Below are positions 56,217 through 64,000 of a stretch of 64,000 nucleotides of DNA, piece by piece. The stretch is from Paracoccaceae bacterium (GTDB taxonomy: Bacteria > Pseudomonadota > Alphaproteobacteria > Rhodobacterales > Rhodobacteraceae), in the NCBI GenBank assembly GCA_050633265.1, contig JBOEGE010000005.1, positions 227,413-291,412 on the forward strand, in the 5' to 3' direction. The stretch's first letter is position 1. The number at the start of each line of letters is the position of its first letter. Under the pieces are notes generated by a model. That model was not told where the DNA came from and searched no databases. It was given only the letters and a program-made list of their open reading frames with translations. The translations under genes were made by a program, and so were the position numbers.

Positions 56217-57205
56217 GGTTCACGGCCATCAACCTCGACCGCTTGCCCGCGCCTCAGATCATCGAGCAACCTGATTTCGAGACCATCTTTGCCGCTCGCA
56301 AGGCCCGCCTGATCGAGCTTGCGCCACACCTTGCGCCAGCTCTGGAGCTGGAGAGTGAGCCGCTGGTCAAGCTCCTCCAGGAGGATAGCTATCGCGAGCT
56401 CATCTTGCGCGCCGCCGTTCAAGACGCGGGCGCTGGAAACCTTTTGGCCTATGCCTCCGGTGCGCTTCTTGACCACCTCGCCGCCTTTTATGGGGTCGAG
56501 CGGTTGGTGATCCAAGAGGCTGATGCATCGGTGAGCCCTCCCATCGAGGAGGTCCTGGAGGATGATGCCCGCTTGCGTGCCCGCGTCCAGCTTGCGCCTG
56601 AGGGGTTCACCACCGCTGGCTCAATCGGCTCTTACTTGTTCTGGGCGCTTAGCTCGTCTGCGTTTATCAAGGATGTGGACATCCGTGCTCCTCGGTTTTC
56701 AAAAGCCGAGATCGCGCCGGAATTGCAGGCCCAGCTACCTGAAAGCGCGATTGTTTTAGTCGTTGATGATGATGCTGGCTTGGAAAACCCGATGCCTGGG
56801 GATGTGGCTCTCTCGGTTTTGTCCAGCCAAGGTAATGGCGTTCCTTCTGCTGAGTTGATCGATGGGGTTCTCGCAACAACTTTGCCCCGCCGCCCTTTGA
56901 CAGATCGGCCAATCGCAAAGGCCGCGATCATCCAGGAATACACCGTCGAGGCCGAGCTGATCCTCTATGATGGGCCTGATGCTGAGCTGGTGCGCCAGGC
57001 ATCCGTTGCCGCCGTTCAAGCCTTTGTCGATGAGCATCATCGCCTCGGCCATGACATCACCATCGCGGGCTTGCATGCCGCGCTTTACCGCGAGGGCGTC
57101 CAGGACATCCACATCACCGCCCCCGCTGCAACTCTTGAGATCGGGAGCGATACCGCCGCGCATTGCACCCAGATCACCGTAACCGTGGGAGGCCGCGATG
57201 TCTGA
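56213..57205 (+). CDS. baseplate J-like protein
   Basis: Size, position after gpW, and the N-terminus LPAPQIIEQPDFETIFAARKARL. Confidence 0.75.
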   Translation: MRFTAINLDRLPAPQIIEQPDFETIFAARKARLIELAPHLAPALELESEPLVKLLQEDSYRELILRAAVQDAGAGNLLAYASGALLDHLAAFYGVERLVIQEADASVSPPIEEVLEDDARLRARVQLAPEGFTTAGSIGSYLFWALSSSAFIKDVDIRAPRFSKAEIAPELQAQLPESAIVLVVDDDAGLENPMPGDVALSVLSSQGNGVPSAELIDGVLATTLPRRPLTDRPIAKAAIIQEYTVEAELILYDGPDAELVRQASVAAVQAFVDEHHRLGHDITIAGLHAALYREGVQDIHITAPAATLEIGSDTAAHCTQITVTVGGRDV

Positions 57206-57872
57206 TATTGATCGCCTTTTGCCGCCAAGCGCCACCACCTCTGAGCGCGCCATCGAGACCGTGATCGCTGAGCGCACCATCGGCATCAAGGCCCCAATCG
57301 CCACGCTTTGGAATGTGGATACATGCCCTGAGGAGCTCTTGCCCTGGATGGCTTGGGCGTTCTCGGTCGAGGTCTGGGATCATGCCTGGTCTGAAACCAT
57401 CAAGCGCAATGTCATCCGCAACTCGATCCAAGTGCATCGCATGAAAGGCACCCGCCGCGCGGTGGAGCTGGCCCTGGAAGCGCTTGAGATGCGCATCGAT
57501 CTGCATGAGGGCTTTGAGCTTGATGAGCACGGCGATCCTTATGGCCCGCCCCATACCTTCACCCTCGACGCCTTTGCTGAGGACATCTTTGACGCTGGGT
57601 TTCAGATCAATCCCAAGCTGCATGCCCTGGTCACTGAGCTGATCCGCAACGTCAAGCCCGTGCGCTCTCACTTCACCTTGCGCATCGGCGAAAAGCGCGG
57701 CGGCACCGTCACCGTGCGCACCGGATCACACCAGCGGCTCAAGGATGAGCGCCAGGTCACACCGGCCTTGCCGATCGATACCCATGCGCCGCGCCTATCC
57801 GCCCGCTCTGGCCACCGCCAAACCGCCGTGAGCCATCACATCCACCGCTTTGATATGGGAGACGCCGCATGA
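57198..57872 (+). CDS. tail protein I (P2 gpI family)
   Basis: LLPPSATTSERAIE....LWNVDTCPEELLPWMAWAFSVEVWD..W.E..KR.VI..SI.VHR.KGT. Confidence 0.8.
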   Translation: MSDIDRLLPPSATTSERAIETVIAERTIGIKAPIATLWNVDTCPEELLPWMAWAFSVEVWDHAWSETIKRNVIRNSIQVHRMKGTRRAVELALEALEMRIDLHEGFELDEHGDPYGPPHTFTLDAFAEDIFDAGFQINPKLHALVTELIRNVKPVRSHFTLRIGEKRGGTVTVRTGSHQRLKDERQVTPALPIDTHAPRLSARSGHRQTAVSHHIHRFDMGDAA

Positions 57873-58393
57873 CCGCTGGCACCGACATCCTGACTACCAA
57901 GGGCATCACGAAAATCCGCAATGCAGCGGGATCGGGGAGCCAGGTCAAAATCAAATACATCGCCCTCGGTGATGGCCAGGGCGCGGGCTATGCGCCCAAT
58001 CCGGCCCAGGTCACCTTGCGCCGCGAGCTCCTGCGCACCGAGATCGAGCGTCACTATCCGGTTGGCTCCAATGCCTGGCACGTCAAGGCCAGTTTCCCAA
58101 CGGATGCCACGGCGATCACCGTGCGCGAGATGGGTTTCCTCGATGAGGATGGCGATCTGATCGCGCTCTGGGCTGGTGCCGATGTGGGTGATGATCGGCG
58201 CACGGGTGTGATCGAGTATCTGATCGCCCACGTTCTGGCCTTTGATGGCATCGCCGATGGTATCCTGGTCGTGGATGCGCCGCTCGATGAATACCTCGAT
58301 CACGCGGTGCTCAAGCTCACCACTGATGCCATCCAAACTGACCTCTTGCTCAAGCAAGCCAAACAATTCCGCGATCTCGGTATCGCCGCATAA
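57869..58393 (+). CDS. tail fibre protein, collar/N-terminal (gpH N-terminal-like) domain only
   Basis: LTTKGITKIRNAAGSGSQVKIKYIALGDG.....P.P.QV.L..E......MGFLDEDGDLIALW. Confidence 0.65.
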   Translation: MTAGTDILTTKGITKIRNAAGSGSQVKIKYIALGDGQGAGYAPNPAQVTLRRELLRTEIERHYPVGSNAWHVKASFPTDATAITVREMGFLDEDGDLIALWAGADVGDDRRTGVIEYLIAHVLAFDGIADGILVVDAPLDEYLDHAVLKLTTDAIQTDLLLKQAKQFRDLGIAA

Positions 58394-58408
58394 AGGAGGA
58401 TTTCCACA

Positions 58409-59191
58409 ATGGACCCGATGCAAAACCTGAACAACGCGGCGGATGCCCTGAACCAAGTGGCCCAGCGGGCCGGTGGGTTCTGGGATGATGCCGATGCGCA
58501 AATCGCGCAACGCCAAGCGGCTTACGATGCTCTTGGCGCTGATCTGGTCAATGTTGTCAATGATCGGATGTATTTCCCCGCAACGATTGACCCTGATGAT
58601 CCCAACCCCACGAATGAGCGCGGTGGAGTGTTTACCACCCTTGGCGCTGCGATCAATGCGGCTCCGTCTGGTTCTTACATTGTTGTCTCACTGTTGGCCG
58701 GAAAGACCCACAACCTCGATGCCAGCGTGTGGATCACCAGTAAGACGATTGTGGTCACGCGCACTGGTGGGGGCGATAACCCTGTGGTGATGATTGGAAA
58801 CACGTCCAACGGCGCGACAAATTCGCCAGTTCGGTTAAACTCAGGCGCAATGGCGGCAATCCGTTTCGTGAACGTCGATATTGAGTATGCGCCGAAAACG
58901 GATGCCGGATTGCCTTGGGCGGCTTCGCCCCTTTGTGCGCCATCCTATGGGACCCAAATCTTTGTGTCTTTGTATGGGGTGAGCGTGACTGGGCCAGCCG
59001 AGGCATTCCTGGTCAGCACCTATGCCGGTTCAACCGCCTTTCTCAATCTTGGCGTGGTGGGCTTGGATGGGGTGAATGGCGCTCAGGTGTCACTCGGGAT
59101 GCTGGTCGTAGGTCAATACAACGTCTCTTTGGCCAACGGCTCACAAATCCATGCTGGCGGCACAGTCGGCACGAATGTCCTGATCAACTGA
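58409..59191 (+). CDS. putative distal tail fibre / receptor-binding protein
   Basis: Assigned by position after the collar domain. The middle region is beta-rich with a repetitive G/N/T/V composition. Confidence 0.4.
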   Translation: MDPMQNLNNAADALNQVAQRAGGFWDDADAQIAQRQAAYDALGADLVNVVNDRMYFPATIDPDDPNPTNERGGVFTTLGAAINAAPSGSYIVVSLLAGKTHNLDASVWITSKTIVVTRTGGGDNPVVMIGNTSNGATNSPVRLNSGAMAAIRFVNVDIEYAPKTDAGLPWAASPLCAPSYGTQIFVSLYGVSVTGPAEAFLVSTYAGSTAFLNLGVVGLDGVNGAQVSLGMLVVGQYNVSLANGSQIHAGGTVGTNVLIN

Positions 59192-59201
59192 GGAGCTGAC
59201 T

Positions 59202-59708
59202 ATGAATTTCGACATCACATATGAGGGCCGCACAACGCTGGCGGTTGACTATGAAGGTGCAATCGCACTTGGGTATCCGGTTGCCGTCATTGGTGTGGCG
59301 CTTAAAGGTGCGGCAAAGGCTGAGATCGCTGCCTTTGCTGAGGTTTACCGCAACAAAATCACCCACGCCACGGCGGGCAAGCTGGCCGAATATCGGATCA
59401 AAGAGGAGATCGCCCGCGATCCTGCTAGCGCCTCTGAAGCTGAGCTTGAGACCCTGAGCCGCGAGGCAAAGGCGCGCGGCACCAACCGCACCGGCCTGAT
59501 CGGCCAGATCAACGCCCAATCCGCCGCCTATCGCCAGATCGCGCTCCTGATCGGTGCGCTTGAGGCCGAGGCTGGTGCTGGTATCGCCCTCATCCCAGAT
59601 GATGCGCCTGACATCGAAACCCAAATTTCCACCGTGCTTGGGGCTGCAAAGGCCCAGGCTGAAACGGCCTTCAATGAGGCCCTTGCTCTGATCAATGGAG
59701 GTTCCTAA
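59202..59708 (+). CDS. hypothetical tail-associated protein (fibre assembly position)
   Basis: Assigned by position between the fibre and sheath genes. Alanine-rich and helical. Confidence 0.35.
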   Translation: MNFDITYEGRTTLAVDYEGAIALGYPVAVIGVALKGAAKAEIAAFAEVYRNKITHATAGKLAEYRIKEEIARDPASASEAELETLSREAKARGTNRTGLIGQINAQSAAYRQIALLIGALEAEAGAGIALIPDDAPDIETQISTVLGAAKAQAETAFNEALALINGGS

Positions 59709-60877
59709 TGCCTGAGCAATTTCTCCACGGCGTCGAGGTTGTCGAGATCGACACCGGCACACGCCCAATCCGCACCGTGCGCTCCTCGGTCATTGGCCTG
59801 GTGGGCACCGCCCCTGATGCTGATGCCGCCAAGTTCCCGCTGAATACGCCTGTCCTTGTGGCTGGCAAGCGCTCTGATGCCGCTGGCTTGGGAGCCACTG
59901 GCACCCTGGCACCGGCCATCGATGACATCTTTGACCAGGTTGGGGCCGTTGTGGTCGTGATCCGCGTCGAGGAAGGCGCTGACGATGCCGCCACGCTGAG
60001 CAATATCATCGGCGGCACCGACGATGTGACCGGCCAGCCTGAGGGCTTGCAAGTGCTCCTGGCCGCTGAGAGCGTGGTCAAGGTCGCGCCCCGCATCATC
60101 GTGGTCCCTGAGTTCTCTCAGGAGCAAGCGGTGGTTTCTGAGCTGGTCTCGATTGCCACTAAGCTGCGCGCCGTGATCATCGCGGATGGCCCCAACTCGA
60201 CCGATGCGGATGCCATCACATACCGTGAAAACTTTGGTTCTGATCGCATCTATCTGGTCGATCCTTGGGTCAAGGTCTGGGATACTGAAACCAGCACCGA
60301 GATCGTGCGGCCCGCATCCGCCCGCGTGGCTGGTGTGATCGCCAAGTCCGATGCTGAGCGTGGTTTCTGGCACTCGCCATCCAACCGCCTGATCGATGGG
60401 ATCACCGGCACCGCCCGTGCCATCGATTTCACCCTGGGTGACGCGACATCGCGGGCCAACATTCTCAATGAGAATGAGGTCACCACCATCATCCAGCGGG
60501 ATGGCTATCGCCTTTGGGGCAACCGCACCCTGAGCGCTGATCCCAAGTGGGCAATGCTCAAGCGCCGCCGCGTGGCTGACATGATCAATGAGAGCATCAT
60601 GCAAGCCCATTTCTGGGCGGTGGATCGCAATGCGGATCGCACCTATTTCGAGGACGTGATCGAGGGCGTGAACGCTTACGGGCGACGCATGATCACCGTG
60701 GGTGCCTTGGTGGGCTTCAAATGCTGGGCCGATCCTGATCTCAACACGCCTGAGGCGCTTGAGGCTGGCAAGGTCTACTTTGACTATGACTGGGTGGAAA
60801 CGCCCACCGCCGAGCACATCACTTTCCGTTCCATGATCAACAATGGCTACCTGTCTGAGGTCCTGCCAACGGCCTAA
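59708..60877 (+). CDS. contractile tail sheath protein (gpFI family)
   Basis: MPEQFLHGVEVVEIDTGTRPIRTVRSSVIGLVGTAP, and near the C-terminus RDGYRLWGNRTLS. Confidence 0.88.
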   Translation: MPEQFLHGVEVVEIDTGTRPIRTVRSSVIGLVGTAPDADAAKFPLNTPVLVAGKRSDAAGLGATGTLAPAIDDIFDQVGAVVVVIRVEEGADDAATLSNIIGGTDDVTGQPEGLQVLLAAESVVKVAPRIIVVPEFSQEQAVVSELVSIATKLRAVIIADGPNSTDADAITYRENFGSDRIYLVDPWVKVWDTETSTEIVRPASARVAGVIAKSDAERGFWHSPSNRLIDGITGTARAIDFTLGDATSRANILNENEVTTIIQRDGYRLWGNRTLSADPKWAMLKRRRVADMINESIMQAHFWAVDRNADRTYFEDVIEGVNAYGRRMITVGALVGFKCWADPDLNTPEALEAGKVYFDYDWVETPTAEHITFRSMINNGYLSEVLPTA

Positions 60878-60892
60878 GGAGGGCTTATTCCA

Positions 60893-61399
60893 ATGCGTGA
60901 TCTTCTGAAATTCATGAATACCTTTGTCGATGGCTACGGCTTTGCCGGTGTGGCCTCGGCGGTGGAGGTGCCCAAGATCGAGGTCGCAACCCGCGATTTC
61001 TCGGCGGCGGGCATGGCTGGCCCCATCGAGGTGCGCATGGCGCGCCTGGCCAACGCGCTCACGGCCAAGCTGACCTTTGAAGGCTTTGACCCGCATCTCT
61101 ATGAGACGCTGGACATCACCGAGGGCTCGCTGATCCCCTTCACCTGTAAGGGTTCAACCGAGGACGGTGACGGGGCAACGCATGCGCACAATGTGGCAAT
61201 GCGCGGTTTCACCAAGGTCCTGGATGAGGGTGAGTGGAAGGATGGCGAAAGCGTCCCGCTCAAGCTCGATATGAGCCTGCGCTATTACCGGCGCGAGCGC
61301 GATGGCGTGGAGCTCTTTGAAATTGACCAGGAAAACATGATTTTCCGCGTCAAAGGCAAGGACCTCTTGGCCGAGCACCGCGCCAATATTGGCCGCTGA
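60893..61399 (+). CDS. tail tube protein (gpFII family)
   Basis: LKFMNTFVDGYGFAGVASAVEVPKIE..T.DF.AGGM.GPIEV. Confidence 0.85.
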   Translation: MRDLLKFMNTFVDGYGFAGVASAVEVPKIEVATRDFSAAGMAGPIEVRMARLANALTAKLTFEGFDPHLYETLDITEGSLIPFTCKGSTEDGDGATHAHNVAMRGFTKVLDEGEWKDGESVPLKLDMSLRYYRRERDGVELFEIDQENMIFRVKGKDLLAEHRANIGR

Positions 61400-61412
61400 G
61401 GGGAGCTGACAC

Positions 61413-61706
61413 ATGGCACATACTGAAACCTATGAGCTCCAATACCCCTTCACCCACAAGGGTGAGGAGGTCACCGAGCTGACCATCCGCCGCCCCAAGA
61501 TGCGCGACCTCAAGAAGTTCGAGGGGATCAAGGACAAGATGAAAAAGAGCTTCACCATGCTCTCTGATCTTGCCGAGATCGGCCCCGATACCGTGGAGGA
61601 GCTGGACCCCGTTGATTTCAACGCGGCCTCGGTGATGATCGCGGGTTTTTTGGGCGTATCGGAGGAGGAAATCCAAAAGATTTCAGGGCAATTTCCCTCT
61701 TCATGA
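61413..61706 (+). CDS. tail assembly chaperone gpE
   Basis: YELQYPFTHKGEEVTELTIRRPKMRDLKKF, positioned between the tube and tape-measure genes. Confidence 0.8.
   Translation: MAHTETYELQYPFTHKGEEVTELTIRRPKMRDLKKFEGIKDKMKKSFTMLSDLAEIGPDTVEELDPVDFNAASVMIAGFLGVSEEEIQKISGQFPSS
61646..61652 (+). other. -1 programmed frameshift slippery heptamer T_TTT_TTG
   Basis: The gpE zero frame reads GGT TTT TTG. The -1 frame is open from 61652 to 61825. Confidence 0.7.
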
Positions 61707-61825
61707 GCCGACACTTCCACTGGCAACCATCCGAGATTGATGCGTTGCCAGTGGATGAGCTCCTCGATGCCTTCGAGGATGCCAAAGACTATCTGAGAAT
61801 TGAGGCGGAGGCGCGAAACTCATGA
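61652..61825 (+). CDS. gpE' extension (E+E' fusion = 61413..61652 joined to 61652..61825 by -1 frameshift)
   Basis: The -1 frame gives GRIGGGNPKDFRAISLFMSRHFHWQPSEIDALPVDELLDAFEDAKDYLRIEAEARNS. The FHW.P.E...L motif is typical of GpE' proteins. Confidence 0.7.
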   Translation, partial: GRIGGGNPKDFRAISLFMSRHFHWQPSEIDALPVDELLDAFEDAKDYLRIEAEARNS

Positions 61826-64000
61826 TCCCTACAAGTGTTGGCGTCGATGTCCTTGTGAGCCTGGCAGACAGGCTCACAGCCCCCCTCAGGAATGCCGAGG
61901 ATACCGTGGCCAGAGCCAGCGAGCGCATGCAAAAGCGCCTGGCCTTGTCTATGAAACTGGCGGGCGGTGGTGCCGCCGCCGCTGGCATCGCCTACGGTGC
62001 GCAACGCCTGGTCACAGGCTTCACCGATAGCATCCGCGATGTGGAGCGCGCCAAGGGCGAGCTGGCCACCTTGGGTGTGCGCGACCTCGATGCCGTGGTG
62101 CGCCGTGGCCAGGAGATGCAAATGCAGCTTGCGGGTGTCACGGCGGATGCCTTTGTGCGCGCTTCTTATGACATCAAGTCTGGGATCAGCTCACTCACCG
62201 ATCAGGGCGTGGCCGATATGACCGCCTCGGCCATGTTGGTGGCCAAGGCGACCAAGGGCCAAGCTGAGCAAATGACCTCCCTTTTTGCGACCTCTTACGG
62301 GATTTTCAAAAAGCAGATGGAGGACCTTACTGACGCGGAATTTGGCGAGCAATTTGGCGCGGCTCTTTCGGCCTCGGTGCAACAATTCAAAACCGATGGC
62401 GCAGCGATGCAACAGGCCATCGAGAGCGCGGGCGCGGGTGCTGTCAATCTCGGCATGGATATGACCGAGCAACTCACCCTCCTGGGTATGATGCAACAAC
62501 AGATGCAGGCCGGTGAGGCTGGCACAGCCCTGCGCGCTTTTGCGACCAACGCCGCCAAAGCACATGAGGCCTTTGGCAAGATGCAAGTGAGCGCGGATCG
62601 CCCCGTGCGGGTGCGCATCCTGGATGAGAATGGCGGATTGCGGGACATGCCTGACATCCTGGCCGATCTCCAGGCGCGCTATGGCGAGACCCTTGATGCC
62701 TTTGAGGCGGCTGAGATCAAAGAGGCCTTTGGCACCGATGAGGCCATGAAAATGATCAACGCCCTCTATGGCCAGGAGGCGGCGGTGCGCGCCAATGCTG
62801 ATGCGCTCGATGATGCGGCTCAGCAAGGCTCTGAGTTCACCTCAGTGATGGCCGCTGCCGCTGATAACAACTGGGATGCCACAATGGTGCTGATGTCCCA
62901 AAAGATGGACGTGATCACCCAAAAGATTGGCGAGCGCCTCTTGCCCGTTGTGCAACGCCTGGTGCCCTATATCGACGCTTTCATCGCCACCGCCTTTGAC
63001 TGGATCGATGCCAACCCAGAGCTGATCACTGGGATCGGCGGGGTGGTCGTGGGCTTGGGTGCTCTTGCGGCGGTGATCGCGCCCATCCTGATCGGCGCGG
63101 GTGCGCTGGTGAGCGGATGGGCCATGATGAGCTTTGGGGCCACCAAGCTGGTGCTGAGCCTGGCGGGCATGGCCAAATGGGTGCTGGGCGCGGGCAAAGG
63201 CCTCTTGTGGCTCGGTCGCACCGTGCTCCCATTGGTGGGCAAGGCCGTGCTCTTTCTGGGCCGTGCGCTCATCGCCAACCCTATAGGCGCAATCATCATG
63301 GCCATCGCAACGGCGGCTTATCTTATCTATGAATATTGGGAGCCGATTGCCGATTTCTTTACAGGGCTTTGGGATCAGATCGGTGGCGATGTTATGGCCG
63401 CTTGGGAGTTGATAAAGTCGGTTTTCCTCAATTACACGCCCGCTGGTTTGATCTACTCCCATTGGGAAGGGATCACGGGTTTCTTTGGGCGGCTCTGGGA
63501 TCGCATCAAAGGCGGTGTGAGCGCGGGCTGGGAGCTGATCAAATCCACGTTCCTCAACTATCATCCGGTGGGCTTGATCCTATCGAATTGGGATAGCATC
63601 GCCGAGACCTTTGCGGGCTACTGGGATAGCATCAAAACCGGCGTTTCCACTGGCTGGGAGGCCATCAAGTCACGCTTGGCTGGGTTCTCGCCTGCCACCA
63701 CAATCACCAACGCCTGGTCTGGGATCAGCTCGACATTTTCGGGCTACTGGGATGCCATCAAAACCGGCGTTTCCACTGGCTGGGATGCGATCAAGACGCT
63801 CTTTCTGGACTATCACCCACTCGGCCTGATCATTTCCAACTGGAGCTCCATTGCTGGCACCTTTGCGGGATACTGGACCTCGATCAAGGACGGGATCGCA
63901 ACGGGCTGGGAGGCCATCAAAACCAAGCTCGGCGAGTTCGGACCCGCTGCCCTGATTGAGGCAACCTGGGCAGGTGTGGTTGATTGGTTTGGATCGCTTT
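61822..64000 (+). CDS. tail tape measure protein (partial, runs off the window; not in the ORF track)
   Basis: ATG 61822 overlaps the E' stop (ATGA), and I translated it by hand with no stop to 64000. The core contains TADAFVRASYDIKSGISSL...QMQAGEAGTALRAF, then TM-like segments and W-rich repeats. Confidence 0.85.
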   Translation, partial: MIPTSVGVDVLVSLADRLTAPLRNAEDTVARASERMQKRLALSMKLAGGGAAAAGIAYGAQRLVTGFTDSIRDVERAKGELATLGVRDLDAVVRRGQEMQMQLAGVTADAFVRASYDIKSGISSLTDQGVADMTASAMLVAKATKGQAEQMTSLFATSYGIFKKQMEDLTDAEFGEQFGAALSASVQQFKTDGAAMQQAIESAGAGAVNLGMDMTEQLTLLGMMQQQMQAGEAGTALRAFATNAAKAHEAFGKMQVSADRPVRVRILDENGGLRDMPDILADLQARYGETLDAFEAAEIKEAFGTDEAMKMINALYGQEAAVRANADALDDAAQQGSEFTSVMAAAADNNWDATMVLMSQKMDVITQKIGERLLPVVQRLVPYIDAFIATAFDWIDANPELITGIGGVVVGLGALAAVIAPILIGAGALVSGWAMMSFGATKLVLSLAGMAKWVLGAGKGLLWLGRTVLPLVGKAVLFLGRALIANPIGAIIMAIATAAYLIYEYWEPIADFFTGLWDQIGGDVMAAWELIKSVFLNYTPAGLIYSHWEGITGFFGRLWDRIKGGVSAGWELIKSTFLNYHPVGLILSNWDSIAETFAGYWDSIKTGVSTGWEAIKSRLAGFSPATTITNAWSGISSTFSGYWDAIKTGVSTGWDAIKTLFLDYHPLGLIISNWSSIAGTFAGYWTSIKDGIATGWEAIKTKLGEFGPAALIEATWAGVVDWFGSL
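63337..64000 (+). repeat. 126-bp (42-aa) in-frame tandem repeats within the tape measure gene, 5 full units plus a partial one
   Basis: Units start at 63337, 63463, 63589, 63715, 63841 and 63967. The protein consensus is W(E/D/S)xIxxxFxG(Y/L)WDxIKxGVSxGW(E/D)xIKxxFLxYxPxGLIxSN. Units 3 and 4 share long near-identical DNA stretches. Confidence 0.9.

Larger units (their letters stand above)
35988..64000 (+). mobile_element. prophage (partial, right end beyond window): Mu-type transposition/lysogeny arm plus P2/PBSX-type myovirus virion arm
   Basis: About 50 contiguous phage genes (listed below). There is a DDE transposase and MuB-like ATPase but no integrase. The left boundary is inferred from the TG-initiated repeat cluster at 35988. 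Confidence 0.85.

Noticed and set aside
59705-61096. 463-aa minus-strand ORF
   Set aside because: It is antisense to the sheath and tube genes, which have clear family motifs.
62191-63564. Minus-strand ORFs 62191..62826 and 62842..63564 and several short plus-strand ORFs after 63300
   Set aside because: The plus frame starting at ATG 61822 is open to the window end and encodes a typical tape measure protein. These other ORFs are shadow or off-frame.
46495-64000. Possibility that the phage-like structural cluster is an RcGTA-type gene transfer agent
   Set aside because: It has a contractile sheath, tube and V-W-J-I baseplate, a lysis cassette, and a linked repressor, transposase and MuB. This is a complete-looking myovirus prophage, not the siphovirus-like GTA head-tail cluster.
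35988-64000. Search for a tyrosine or serine integrase, an att-tRNA junction, or toxin-antitoxin/restriction-type defence genes inside the prophage
   Set aside because: None was recognisable in the 28 kb present. Integration is explained by the DDE transposase, and defence or moron candidates are limited to the unassigned ORFs reported as findings.

Overview
GC-rich chromosome segment whose gene content looks alphaproteobacterial, probably Rhodobacterales-like (inference from gene content only). About 1-35.4 kb is mainly housekeeping: yqeY, carA, a GT2 polysaccharide synthase with an N-terminal MshEN-type (c-di-GMP) domain, a GntR regulator, a HAD nucleotidase, a UbiH-family monooxygenase, ilvC facing two overlapping Lrp/AsnC regulators, glmM-folP-folB, a SleB-like hydrolase, ppdK, glyQ-x-glyS, a SPOR/PG-binding trypsin-like protein lacking catalytic His and Ser, trkH, folE2, metZ with a structured leader, an alpha/beta hydrolase and a GST. 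Accessory pieces in this part are an AT-rich ORF at the left edge and a tandem array of four paralogous TbpB-like lipoproteins (10.3-14.0 kb) with repeat-rich and palindromic upstream DNA. From about 35.99 kb to the window end lies a prophage of more than 28 kb whose right end is outside the window. It joins a Mu-type lysogeny/transposition arm (S24 repressor, Ner-like, MuA-like DDE transposase, MuB-like ATPase, DUF3164, HU, GemA, Mu-F-like) to a P2/PBSX-type virion arm. That arm has divergent portal-terminase versus scaffold-capsid genes, V-W-J-I baseplate, fibre, sheath, tube, an E/E' frameshift and a tape measure. It also carries a lysis cassette with a 3-TM::lysozyme fusion and overlapped spanins. 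The phage seems to have truncated a host membrane-protein gene. No rRNA, tRNA, CRISPR array or integrase was seen. All family names come from motif recognition by eye, not from searches.
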